From an uncultured Actinomycetes bacterium (GTDB taxonomy: Bacteria > Actinomycetota > UBA4738 > HRBIN12), in NCBI GenBank assembly GCA_963704725.1, contig OY969934.1:3264001-3328000 (forward strand): a stretch of 64,000 nucleotides of DNA, written 5' to 3'. The notes beneath the pieces were generated by a model. That model saw only the letters and a program-made list of their open reading frames with translations, was not told where the DNA came from and searched no databases. This document shows, one piece after another, positions 37,626-47,997 of this stretch. Positions within the stretch are counted from its first letter, which is position 1. Every line of letters begins with the position of its first letter. Position numbers and translations under genes: made by a program.

Positions 37626-39245
37626 TCAGAAGTCCATGTCGCCGCCGCCCGGCATGGGCGGAGCCTTCTCCTTCTCGGGCTTCTCGGCCACCACGGCCTC
37701 GGTCGTCAGGAACAGGGCCGCGATCGAGGCGGCGTTCTGCAGCGCCGACCGCGTCACCTTGGTGGGGTCGATGATGCCCGCCTTGAACATGTCCACGTAC
37801 TCGCCGGTCGCGGCGTCCAGACCCATGCCCAGGTCGAGGTTACGGACCTTGTCGATCACGACCCCGCCCTCGAGACCAGCGTTGTGGGCGATCTGCTTGA
37901 TCGGCTCCTCGAGCGCCCGGCGCACGATCGCCGCTCCGGTGAGCTCGTCGCCCTCCAGGTCGACCTTGTCCAGCGCCGTCTGGGCGTTGAGCAGAGCCAC
38001 GCCGCCGCCGGGCACGACGCCCTCCTCCACGGCCGCCTTCGTGGACTGCACGGCGTCCTCGATGCGGTGCTTCTTCTCCTTCAGCTCGACCTCGGTGGCC
38101 GCGCCGACCTTGATCACCGCGACGCCGCCGGCCAGGCGCGCCAGGCGCTCCTGCAGCTTCTCTCGGTCGTAGTCGGAGTCGGTCTTCTCGATCTCGGCCT
38201 TGATCTGGTTGATCCGGCCCTTGATGTCTTCCTCCTTGCCGCCACCCTCCACGACCGTGGTGTCGTCCTTCGTCACCATGATCTTGCGGGCGGAGCCGAG
38301 CAGGTCGAGCGTCGCGTTCTCGAGCTTGAGCCCGACCTCCTCGGAGATGACCTGGCCGCCGGTGAGGATCGCGATGTCCTGGAGCATGGCCTTGCGTCGG
38401 TCGCCGAATCCGGGCGCCTTCACGGCGGCCGAGCGGAACGTGCCGCGGACCTTGTTGACCACCAGGGTCGCCAGCGCCTCGCCCTCCACGTCCTCGGCGA
38501 TGATCAGGAGCGGCTTGCCCGTCTGCATGACCTTCTCCAGCACCGGCAGGAGGTCCTTCACCGCGCTGATCTTCGAGTTGGCGATGAGGATGTAGGGGTC
38601 CTCCAGGTCGGTCTCCATGCGCTCGGGGTCGGTGACGAAGTAGGCCGAGATGTAGCCCTTGTCGAACCGCATGCCCTCGACGAGCTCGAGCTCCATGCCG
38701 AAGGTGTTGGACTCCTCGACCGTGATGACGCCGTCCTTGCCGACCTTGTCCACGGCCTCGGCGATCTGCTCGCCGATCTCGGGGTCGGCGGCCGAGATGG
38801 CGCCGACGTGCGCGATCTCGCCCTTCTCCTCGACCTCCTTGGACTGGTTCTTGATGCTCTCGACGGCGAGCTCGACGGCCCGCTCGATGCCCCGCTTGAT
38901 CGCCATCGGATTGGCCCCGGCTGCCACGTTGCGCAGGCCCTCCTTCACGATGGCCTGGGCGAGCACGGTCGCCGTGGTGGTCCCGTCGCCGGCGACGTCG
39001 TCGGTCTTCTTGGCGACCTCCTTGACGAGCTCGGCCCCGACCTTCTCCAGCGGATCCTCCAGCTCGATCTCCTTGGCGATCGAGACCCCGTCGTTGGTGA
39101 TCGTTGGGGCGCCCCACTTCTTCTCGAGCACGACGTTGCGTCCCTTGGGTCCGAGCGTGATCTTCACGGCGTTCGCGAGCATGTCCATGCCGCGCTCGAG
39201 GGCCCGACGCGCCTCCTCGTCGTACGAGATGATCTTCGGTGCCAT
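37626..39245 (-). CDS. groEL: Chaperonin GroEL
   Basis: [26 protein letters not shown], tail MPGGGDMDF. Confidence 0.99.
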   Translation of the reverse strand: MAPKIISYDEEARRALERGMDMLANAVKITLGPKGRNVVLEKKWGAPTITNDGVSIAKEIELEDPLEKVGAELVKEVAKKTDDVAGDGTTTATVLAQAIVKEGLRNVAAGANPMAIKRGIERAVELAVESIKNQSKEVEEKGEIAHVGAISAADPEIGEQIAEAVDKVGKDGVITVEESNTFGMELELVEGMRFDKGYISAYFVTDPERMETDLEDPYILIANSKISAVKDLLPVLEKVMQTGKPLLIIAEDVEGEALATLVVNKVRGTFRSAAVKAPGFGDRRKAMLQDIAILTGGQVISEEVGLKLENATLDLLGSARKIMVTKDDTTVVEGGGKEEDIKGRINQIKAEIEKTDSDYDREKLQERLARLAGGVAVIKVGAATEVELKEKKHRIEDAVQSTKAAVEEGVVPGGGVALLNAQTALDKVDLEGDELTGAAIVRRALEEPIKQIAHNAGLEGGVVIDKVRNLDLGMGLDAATGEYVDMFKAGIIDPTKVTRSALQNAASIAALFLTTEAVVAEKPEKEKAPPMPGGGDMDF

Positions 39246-39320
39246 ACCCCGCCCTCCTTTGGGCTCTCCTCCGGCCGCTCTCGGCCGCTTCCTCGACCTA
39301 CGTCTCTCGGCTCGTGACTG

Positions 39321-39347
39321 CTAGCACTCTGAGCCGGTGAGTGCTAA
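39321..39347 (-). promoter_or_regulatory. CIRCE element (HrcA operator)
   Basis: TTAGCACTC-N9-GAGTGCTAG on the minus strand upstream of groEL. Confidence 0.93.
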
Positions 39348-39350
39348 TGA

Positions 39351-39379
39351 ATCGTAGCGACGAGGGGGCCGAGTGGCAA
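39351..39379 (-). promoter_or_regulatory. Housekeeping sigma promoter of groEL
   Basis: TTGCCA-17 nt-TACGAT immediately upstream of CIRCE. Confidence 0.75.
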
Positions 39380-39404
39380 GGGCGGCACGGCGCCCGGAGC
39401 GCGC

Positions 39405-40019
39405 TCAGGCCTGCCCGGAGCAGTTCTGGGGGCTCTCGGCTGAGACCAGGAGGTCCCCGGGGTCCGCGTCCACGACGTCGAACCCCGGCCCACCGTTCGC
39501 GACGTCGTTGTTCCCGACGCCGTCCTCCGTGGACACGCAGAAGTCGAGCCCCCGGCCGCCCTGGACGATGTCCGAGCCCCCGTCTCCGGACACGACGTCC
39601 CGGCCCGGTCCTCCCTCGACGTGATCCACCCCGGCCCCCCCGACGACGAGGTCGGCTCCCCGGCCTCCGTCCACCTGATCGGTGCCGCCGCCGCCGTCGA
39701 TCCGGTCGTTGCCGCGTCCGCCGAAGATCGTGTCGTCTCCTCCCAAGCCCACGATCGCGTCGTCGCCATTCCCCCCGCAGATCACGTCGTCACCCGGCGT
39801 CCCCCGCAGGACGTCGCTCTCGATCGTGCCGACGATCGTGCACACGAGATCCGACTGGGCCGTGGGCATGGTGGGAAGCGGCGACACCTCGTCGGACGGA
39901 GACGAGAGGGGACCGGGCAACGACGTCTCGCGTCGGTCCGGCGTGCACGCCCCGAGTGCCACGAGGGCGGCCGATCCCACGACCAGGGCCCGTCGCAGCC
40001 CGCCGCTCCCGCTCAGCAC
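39405..40019 (-). CDS. Lipoprotein with hemolysin-type Ca-binding (GGxGxD) repeats
   Basis: Lipobox LGAC; CTIVGT; repeated GGNGDD, GGRGND, GGGGTD, GGPGRD. Confidence 0.82.
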   Translation of the reverse strand: MLSGSGGLRRALVVGSAALVALGACTPDRRETSLPGPLSSPSDEVSPLPTMPTAQSDLVCTIVGTIESDVLRGTPGDDVICGGNGDDAIVGLGGDDTIFGGRGNDRIDGGGGTDQVDGGRGADLVVGGAGVDHVEGGPGRDVVSGDGGSDIVQGGRGLDFCVSTEDGVGNNDVANGGPGFDVVDADPGDLLVSAESPQNCSGQA

Positions 40020-40074
40020 ACGGTGAGGGATACCCGATCCGGCGAGCCCTCGACCACGGCGTCGGGCGGCGCCG

Positions 40075-42042
<1,968 letters not shown>

Positions 42043-42277
42043 GGTGGTCGCGACCCCCTCGTGAGTGTTGTCCGAACCGGCATCGTAGCGGGGCGAACCA
42101 CACGACGCGGTTCCGCCTTGCCCGCCACGACACGTCCGAACGGCCCGGGGCGGCCCTCCCGGAGTTGCCCACCCCGCCGGCCGGGTGCTTGCATCCGTGC
42201 CTGAGACCCGCCAGCATCGTGCCTACGAGGCCGCCATGAGGCGGCCTCGAAGCCTGCACGGGGGAAGGAGGCCCGCG

Positions 42278-42433
42278 GTGGCCGACAAGTACGAGGCGTA
42301 CTGCGTCAAGTGCCGTGCGAAGCGGGAGTTCGAGGGCAGCGTGGTCGAGCTCAAGAACGGCCGGAAGGCAGCTCAGGGCACCTGTCCGGTGTGCGGCACC
42401 AAGGTCATGCGGATCCTGGGCAAGAGCGCCTAG
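42278..42433 (+). CDS. 51-aa Zn-ribbon protein (DUF5679-like)
   Basis: SD GAAGGAGG; YCVKC...KNGR...GTCPVCGTKVMRILG. Confidence 0.85.
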   Translation: MADKYEAYCVKCRAKREFEGSVVELKNGRKAAQGTCPVCGTKVMRILGKSA

Positions 42434-42505
42434 GCCCCGGCGCGGGCCGGCCGGGCCGAGGCCCGGCCGGGACCTCGTCTCTGGTTCGCCCGACCCTTCC
42501 CGGGG

Positions 42506-42973
42506 TCAGTTCAGGCCGGAGAGCAGCTGTTCGGCCGTGAAGACCGTGGGTCCGGTGCTCCGCTGGTGCCTCGTCATGAGGTCGGCGACCGTCGTGGTCT
42601 CGAACACCCGTTGGATGGCCCGGGCCACGTCCCCCCAGAACCCCTGAAGCCCGCACCGCGAGTCCGCGAAGCACGTGTGATCGGTGGGCTCGAGGCAGAA
42701 CATCGGGTAGAGCTGCCCCTCGATGGCGTCCGCGATCTGCGCCACCGTGATCTCGGTCGGATCGCCGCCGATGCGACAGCCGCCGCCGGCGCCTCGGAAG
42801 CTCTCGACCAACCCGGCCTTGTGCAGGGCGCCGAGTTGCTGCTCGAGGAAACGAAGAGGGATCTGCTGGGCGGTGGCGATCTCCCGGGCGGGGACCAAGC
42901 CGCCGTCCCGGCGCAGGCCGAGCTCGATCATCGCGCGCATCGCGTACTCGAGCTTCTGCGAGATCCTCAGCAC
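42506..42973 (-). CDS. Rrf2 family regulator with three Cys
   Basis: EYAMRAM, IPLRFLEQ, SFRGAGGG, FCLEPTDHTCFADSRC. Confidence 0.9.
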   Translation of the reverse strand: MLRISQKLEYAMRAMIELGLRRDGGLVPAREIATAQQIPLRFLEQQLGALHKAGLVESFRGAGGGCRIGGDPTEITVAQIADAIEGQLYPMFCLEPTDHTCFADSRCGLQGFWGDVARAIQRVFETTTVADLMTRHQRSTGPTVFTAEQLLSGLN

Positions 42974-43128
42974 GTCGCCACCCCCTTCTCGCAGGGTAGG
43001 GACGCCGTGAGAGGGTGTCAACGAAGCGTCGGACCGCGGCGGCCGCTCCCCTCGAACGGGGAGCCCGAGATGATCCCAACGGGCCATGGAGCGCCCCCCG
43101 GACCTGCCGAAGCCTCAAGGAGAGAGCC

Positions 43129-43551
43129 ATGCGTGTCCTGGTGATCGACGACGAGCCGGACGTCCTCCTGCTGTGCCGGGTGAACTTCGAGCTCGCCGGC
43201 CACGAGGTGTTCGAGGCGCCGGACGGCGAGAGCGGGATCGAGCTCGCCGTGCGCGAGCGTCCGGACGCCATCGTGCTCGACGTGATGCTGCCGAGCCGGG
43301 ACGGGCTCTCCATCCTCGCCGACCTCCTCAAGGACCCGAGGACCCGCGAGACGCCTGTGATCCTGCTGACCGCGAAGACGCAGCTGCAGGACCGCCTGGC
43401 CGGGTGGCGGGCGGGGTGCGCGGAGTACGTCACGAAGCCGTTCTCCCCGGTCGCGCTGGCCGAGCTCGTCGACCGGGTGGTGGAGATGCCCACGGTCGAG
43501 CGCACCGCGCATCGCAAGGTCGAGCTCGGTCGTCTCGAACCGCCTGCCTGA
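43129..43551 (+). CDS. Single-domain response regulator
   Basis: VLVIDDEPD, LDVMLP, LTAK, KPF; no output domain. Confidence 0.9.
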   Translation: MRVLVIDDEPDVLLLCRVNFELAGHEVFEAPDGESGIELAVRERPDAIVLDVMLPSRDGLSILADLLKDPRTRETPVILLTAKTQLQDRLAGWRAGCAEYVTKPFSPVALAELVDRVVEMPTVERTAHRKVELGRLEPPA

Positions 43552-43601
43552 GCACGCCGGCGGGCCGGCCCCACGCGAAGACCCTTGGCTACACTCGCAA
43601 C

Positions 43602-44843
43602 GTGCTCCCAGTCGTGCCGGTGAAGCCACGGAGCGTGGCCGACTACGCGGCCTCGGCCGGTGAGGAGGCGGTCGAGCGGCTGCGGACGGCCGCCGAGCCG
43701 CTGCGCGGAGCCCGCGTGCTCGAGGTGAACAGCACCCCGTTCGGCGGGGGGGTTGCGGAGCTCCTGCATACCCACGTCCCGCTGCTGACCGACCTCGGGC
43801 TCGAGACGACCTGGTGCGTGCTCGAGGGGTCCGACGAGTTCTTCGCCGTGACGAAGGCCATCCACAACGCGCTTCAGGGGTCCGAGCACCGCCTGACGGA
43901 AGACATGGAGAAGATCTACTGGGACCGGATGCGCGCCAACGCGCCGCATCTGCCCCGCGACTTCGACTTCGTCGTGATCCACGACCCGCAGCCGGCGGCG
44001 CTCCTCACGCTCGTGGACGAGGAAGGCGCGCGGACCGGTCGGTGGATCTGGCGATGCCACATCGACCTCTCGGCCCCCTACCGGCCCGTGTGGGAGCTCT
44101 TCCAACCGCTCGTGAACGGGTTCGATGCCGCCATCTTCACGGCCGAGGAGTTCGTCCAACCCGGGATCACGGTCCCGGAGATCGCCCTGATCCCTCCGTC
44201 GATCGACCCGCTCAGCTCCAAGAGCGTCGACATGAGCCCGGGCGCGGTCCTGGAGCTGGTGGCATCGCTCGGGATCGATCTCGGCCGGCCTCTCGTCACG
44301 CAGGTGTCCCGCTTCGACCCGTGGAAGGACCCGCTCGGCGTCATCGATGCGTTCCGGATCGCCCGCCGCGATGTCCCCGGCCTCCAGCTCGCGATGGTCG
44401 GCGCGATCGCTCTCGACGATCCGGAGGGGATGCGCTATCTCGAGCTCACGAACGAGCACGCGGCCGGAGACCGGGACGTGCACCTGCTGACGAACCTCAC
44501 CGGCGTGGGCGACCAGGCGGTCAACGCCGTGCAGCGACGGGCCGACGTCGTGATCCAGAAGTCGATCCGGGAGGGGTTCGGCCTCGTGGTCTCGGAGGCG
44601 ATGTGGAAGGGCAAGCCCGTGGTGGGAGGGGACGTGGGCGGCATCCGCCTGCAGATCGTCGACGGCGAGACAGGGTACCTGGTCTCGAGCACCGGGGAGT
44701 GCGCCGGGGCGGTGACTCGGTTGCTCCGGGACCCGGAGGAGCGCGAGCGGATGGGTTCGGCGGGGCGGGATCGCGTCCGCCGGAGGTTCCTCACCACGCG
44801 CGAGCTCGAGGACCATCTGCGGCTCCTGGCGAGGATCCGTTGA
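43602..44843 (+). CDS. treT: TreT-type GT4 glycosyltransferase (trehalose synthase-like)
   Basis: NSTPFGGGVAELL, IHDPQP, WRCHID, VSRFDPWKD, EGFGLVVSEAMWK. Confidence 0.82.
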   Translation: MLPVVPVKPRSVADYAASAGEEAVERLRTAAEPLRGARVLEVNSTPFGGGVAELLHTHVPLLTDLGLETTWCVLEGSDEFFAVTKAIHNALQGSEHRLTEDMEKIYWDRMRANAPHLPRDFDFVVIHDPQPAALLTLVDEEGARTGRWIWRCHIDLSAPYRPVWELFQPLVNGFDAAIFTAEEFVQPGITVPEIALIPPSIDPLSSKSVDMSPGAVLELVASLGIDLGRPLVTQVSRFDPWKDPLGVIDAFRIARRDVPGLQLAMVGAIALDDPEGMRYLELTNEHAAGDRDVHLLTNLTGVGDQAVNAVQRRADVVIQKSIREGFGLVVSEAMWKGKPVVGGDVGGIRLQIVDGETGYLVSSTGECAGAVTRLLRDPEERERMGSAGRDRVRRRFLTTRELEDHLRLLARIR

Positions 44844-46339
44844 CCCGGTCGCGGCCGCTGATCGTCGCCTCGAACCGTGGCCCGGTGACCTTCGAGCGGG
44901 GCGAGGACGGTGTGCTCGCGCCCCGGCGCGGGGCAGGTGGGCTCGTCACGGCCCTGCTCGGCGCGCTGCAGGAGGCGGGGGGGTTGTGGGTCGCGGCCGC
45001 GATGTCCGAGGGCGATCGCGAGATGGCCGGCGCAACCGAGAGCGGCCGCATCGACATGCAGGCGTTCGGGTCCCCCTATCGCGTGCGATACCTGGACGTT
45101 CCGCCCGAGGTCTACGACGGCTACTACAACCGGGTCTCGAACGAGATCCTGTGGTTCGTGCACCACTACCTGTGGGACACGGTCCACTCTCCCGCGTTCG
45201 GGGACGACGCCGCCGAGTCGTGGGCGCACTACGTGGACGTCAACCGGCGGTTCGCCGAGGCCCTGGCCGAGGAGGGCGAGCGCGCCGGCGAGGAGCCCGC
45301 CTTCCTCGTCCAGGACTATCACCTCGCGCTGGTTCCACGCTTCCTCCGCGAGCTCCGCCCCCAGGCCCTGATCGCGCACTTCTCGCACACCTCGGTGGCA
45401 GGACCCAACTCGCTGCGGATGCTGCCGGTCGAGATGCACGACCAGCTCCTGCACGGGATGCTCGGTGCCGACGTGCTGGGGTTCCACTCCCAGACGTGGG
45501 CCGAGAACTTCATGCTCTCGGTGCGCCAGCTCTCCGGCGTGCGGGTCGACCTCGGCCGCTCGCACATCCTGGCCGGGGGCCGCGACGTCGCGGTGCGCAG
45601 GCACCCGATCTCGGTCGACGGCAGGGCGATGCGCGAGGCCGCCGCCAGCGACGAGGTCCGAGGCCTCCGCCGCGAGCTCGCGGCGTGGCGTGGCGACGCC
45701 AGGCTCATCCTGCGGGTCGACCGGCTCGAGCTGACCAAGAACATCGTCCGGGGATTCAAGGCGTACGAGATGCTGCTCACGCGCGAGCCGTCCTGGCGGG
45801 GACGGGTGCGGTTCCTGGCCCTGCTCTCGCCCTCCCGAGGCGAGGTCCCCGAGTACCGGGAATACGCCGAGGAGGCCCAGGCCGAGGCGGAGCGGATCAA
45901 CTGGCAGATGATGGAGGACGGCTGGACGCCGATCGAGCTCCGCCTGCGGGAGGACTACCCCGGCGCGCTCGCCGCCTACGGCCTGTACGACGTCCTGTTC
46001 GTCAATCCCGTGATCGACGGGATGAACCTCGTGGCGATGGAAGGGCCCGTGCTGAACCGGCGACAGGGAGTCCTCGTTCTCTCGCGCAACGCCGGGGCGT
46101 TCGGCCGCCTGGGACGCTACGCGGTCTCCGTGAACCCGTTCGACCTCCGCGAGACGAGCAACGCCCTGCAGTCGGCTCTCGAGATGCCGATGGACGAGCG
46201 CACACGGCGGGCCAGGGGGCTGTCCCGCCTGGTGCTGTCGAACCCGCCGGCCCGGTGGGTCCGCGAGCAGCTGGACGACCTCGAGCGTGCCCGGCGGCGG
46301 CGGGACCAGGGGTCGTCCGAGCGCGCTCAGACGAGCTGA
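44840..46339 (+). CDS. otsA: Trehalose-6-phosphate synthase (GT20)
   Basis: IVASNRGP, GGLV, QDYHL, RVDRLELTKN, DGMNLVAME; TTGA overlap with treT. Confidence 0.88.
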   Translation: MTRSRPLIVASNRGPVTFERGEDGVLAPRRGAGGLVTALLGALQEAGGLWVAAAMSEGDREMAGATESGRIDMQAFGSPYRVRYLDVPPEVYDGYYNRVSNEILWFVHHYLWDTVHSPAFGDDAAESWAHYVDVNRRFAEALAEEGERAGEEPAFLVQDYHLALVPRFLRELRPQALIAHFSHTSVAGPNSLRMLPVEMHDQLLHGMLGADVLGFHSQTWAENFMLSVRQLSGVRVDLGRSHILAGGRDVAVRRHPISVDGRAMREAAASDEVRGLRRELAAWRGDARLILRVDRLELTKNIVRGFKAYEMLLTREPSWRGRVRFLALLSPSRGEVPEYREYAEEAQAEAERINWQMMEDGWTPIELRLREDYPGALAAYGLYDVLFVNPVIDGMNLVAMEGPVLNRRQGVLVLSRNAGAFGRLGRYAVSVNPFDLRETSNALQSALEMPMDERTRRARGLSRLVLSNPPARWVREQLDDLERARRRRDQGSSERAQTS

Positions 46340-47010
46340 CGCAACAGCTCGACGAGCCCGAGCGGGCCCTCGACCACCACGTCGGCCGCCGCCACCAGGG
46401 GCGGCGGCGTCTCGGCCCCGCGGACCGCGACCTTGACCGTCAGCGGCCCGCGCGCCGCGATCCGATCCAGGGCTTCGAACGCGTCGAGATCGGCGTGGTC
46501 GTCGCCCGCGTACAGCACGGCCTCGAGGGCCTGCTCCCCGGCCAGTCGTTCGACGGCCGCACCCTTCATCGACCGGCCCGGCGGCACGAGCTCGAGCACC
46601 ATCTTGCCCTCGATCAGATCCAGCCCGGCCTCGGTGGCGACGGGTTGCAGCGCAACCAGAAGGCTCGATCGGGCGATGGCCGGATCGGGCGCCTGCCGGT
46701 AGTGCACCGCGATCGACGAACCCTTGTCCTCGACCCAGGCCTCCGGCACCGCGCCGACGGTCGCCTCGACGCGGGGGACGATCGCCGTGACGAGCTCGGG
46801 TGCGTCGTCCTCGAACCCGTACAGTCCGAACAGGCGGAGGTGCGGAACGGGAAGCAGCGCCGCCACCTCGTCCGACCGGCGGCCCGTGACGATCGCGACG
46901 AGCCGGAACGACGTCGTCAGCTCGGAGAGCGCCTCCGCCGCGCCCTCGACCGGCCGTGCGAGCTCGGGGCGGGCGACGATCTCGGAGAGCGTGCCGTCGA
47001 AGTCCAGCAC
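46327..47010 (-). CDS. otsB: Trehalose-6-phosphate phosphatase (HAD); start uncertain
   Basis: LDFDGTL, TGR, EDKG...VHYR, GKMVLE, KG, AGDD..D. Confidence 0.88.
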   Translation of the reverse strand: MLDFDGTLSEIVARPELARPVEGAAEALSELTTSFRLVAIVTGRRSDEVAALLPVPHLRLFGLYGFEDDAPELVTAIVPRVEATVGAVPEAWVEDKGSSIAVHYRQAPDPAIARSSLLVALQPVATEAGLDLIEGKMVLELVPPGRSMKGAAVERLAGEQALEAVLYAGDDHADLDAFEALDRIAARGPLTVKVAVRGAETPPPLVAAADVVVEGPLGLVELLRQLV

Positions 47011-47050
47011 GACGCCGCCGGCGCCGGCCCGTGCTCGGAACGGCCCGAGG

Positions 47051-47638
47051 TCACTCGACGAGCGACGCGTAGTCGGTACCGATGTAGATGATGAGCTGCA
47101 CCGAGCTGTCGACCTCGGTGCTCGAGTCGAACTTGGCCACCTGGACGTCGAGTTGCTTGAAGAACTTGTCCTTGGAGGCGAGGAACTCCGCCTCCACGCT
47201 GTCGGCGTTCTTGGCGTAGTAGATGGTCGTCACGGCCACCGTCGACGGCGCGTTCCCCGGCGCCTGTCCCTCCGCGTAGCCGTACCGCGTGAGCAGCCGG
47301 TCCTGCACGTCCGCGGCCAGGCCGGTCACGCCCGCTCCGTTGAACACCGCGATCTTCGTGCCCTCGGTCGGGCCGACCTCGCTCCCACCCGTCGTGCCGG
47401 TGGTGCCGGTCTCGGTTCCGCCGGTGGTGCCGGTGGTCGTGCCGCCGGTGGTGCCGGTGGTGCCACCGGAACCCCCGTCGCTCGGCAGCCCGACGCTTCC
47501 GGCGGGGCTCTCGGGGAACGCCTGGTTGATGATCACGACGCCGCCCACCACGAGCGCGAGGATGATCACGAACCGAAGGGTGCTGGCTGCCACGGAGAGG
47601 TAGAGGCTCCTGTTCGTCGGCGGCTTGTGCGCGCCCAT
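47051..47638 (-). CDS. Membrane-anchored LytR C-terminal domain protein
   Basis: Single TM, Gly/Thr linker, VFNGAGVTGLA, TTIYY, IYIGTDY. Confidence 0.85.
   Translation of the reverse strand: MGAHKPPTNRSLYLSVAASTLRFVIILALVVGGVVIINQAFPESPAGSVGLPSDGGSGGTTGTTGGTTTGTTGGTETGTTGTTGGSEVGPTEGTKIAVFNGAGVTGLAADVQDRLLTRYGYAEGQAPGNAPSTVAVTTIYYAKNADSVEAEFLASKDKFFKQLDVQVAKFDSSTEVDSSVQLIIYIGTDYASLVE
47385..47470 (-). repeat. Low-complexity Gly/Thr-coding repeat (GGTTGTT)
   Basis: Repeated ccggtggtg units inside the LytR_C gene linker. Confidence 0.6.
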
Positions 47639-47639
47639 C

Positions 47640-47954
47640 CTACCCGGGGATGCCGGGGTACCCAAGACTCCCGCTTCGCTCCTTGAGCCCGAGGCGCCGA
47701 GCCAGACGGATGCGCCGGCGGGCATCCCGGAGACGGCGGAGGCGCCGGACGAGCATGGGGTCGAAGGCCAGCGCCTCGGGCCGCTCGAGCGCGCCCACGA
47801 GCACCTGGTGGTACCGGGTGGGCGAGATCCCCAGCCGCTCGCGGATGGCGCGTTCCTTCGAGCGACCGCGACCCGGCCCGGCGCGTTCCAGCTCCAGCAC
47901 CCGGCGCGTGAGCTCGTCGAGCTCGGGAACGGGCACGATCGGCGCGACGCTCAC
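47640..47954 (-). CDS. DUF3263 family protein
   Basis: KERAIRERLGISPTRYHQVL...EALAFDPMLVRRLRRLR; GTG 47954 with TAGCCT 7 nt upstream. Confidence 0.85.
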   Translation of the reverse strand: MSVAPIVPVPELDELTRRVLELERAGPGRGRSKERAIRERLGISPTRYHQVLVGALERPEALAFDPMLVRRLRRLRDARRRIRLARRLGLKERSGSLGYPGIPG

Positions 47955-47997
47955 GCCTTGGAGGCTAGCAACCACCACCGACGGGGCGAACGGCGGC

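Noticed and set aside
39405-40019. RTX toxin
   Set aside because: Short lipoprotein consisting only of Ca-binding repeats; no toxin domain or type I secretion genes
47045-47060. prfB-like programmed +1 frameshift fusing LytR_C to otsB
   Set aside because: No CUU-UGA slippery site or internal SD, and it would fuse an extracytoplasmic domain to a cytosolic enzyme
47385-47470. Tandem ccggtggtg repeats as a CRISPR or VNTR element
   Set aside because: No spacers; they encode a Gly/Thr linker inside a CDS; no cas genes in the window
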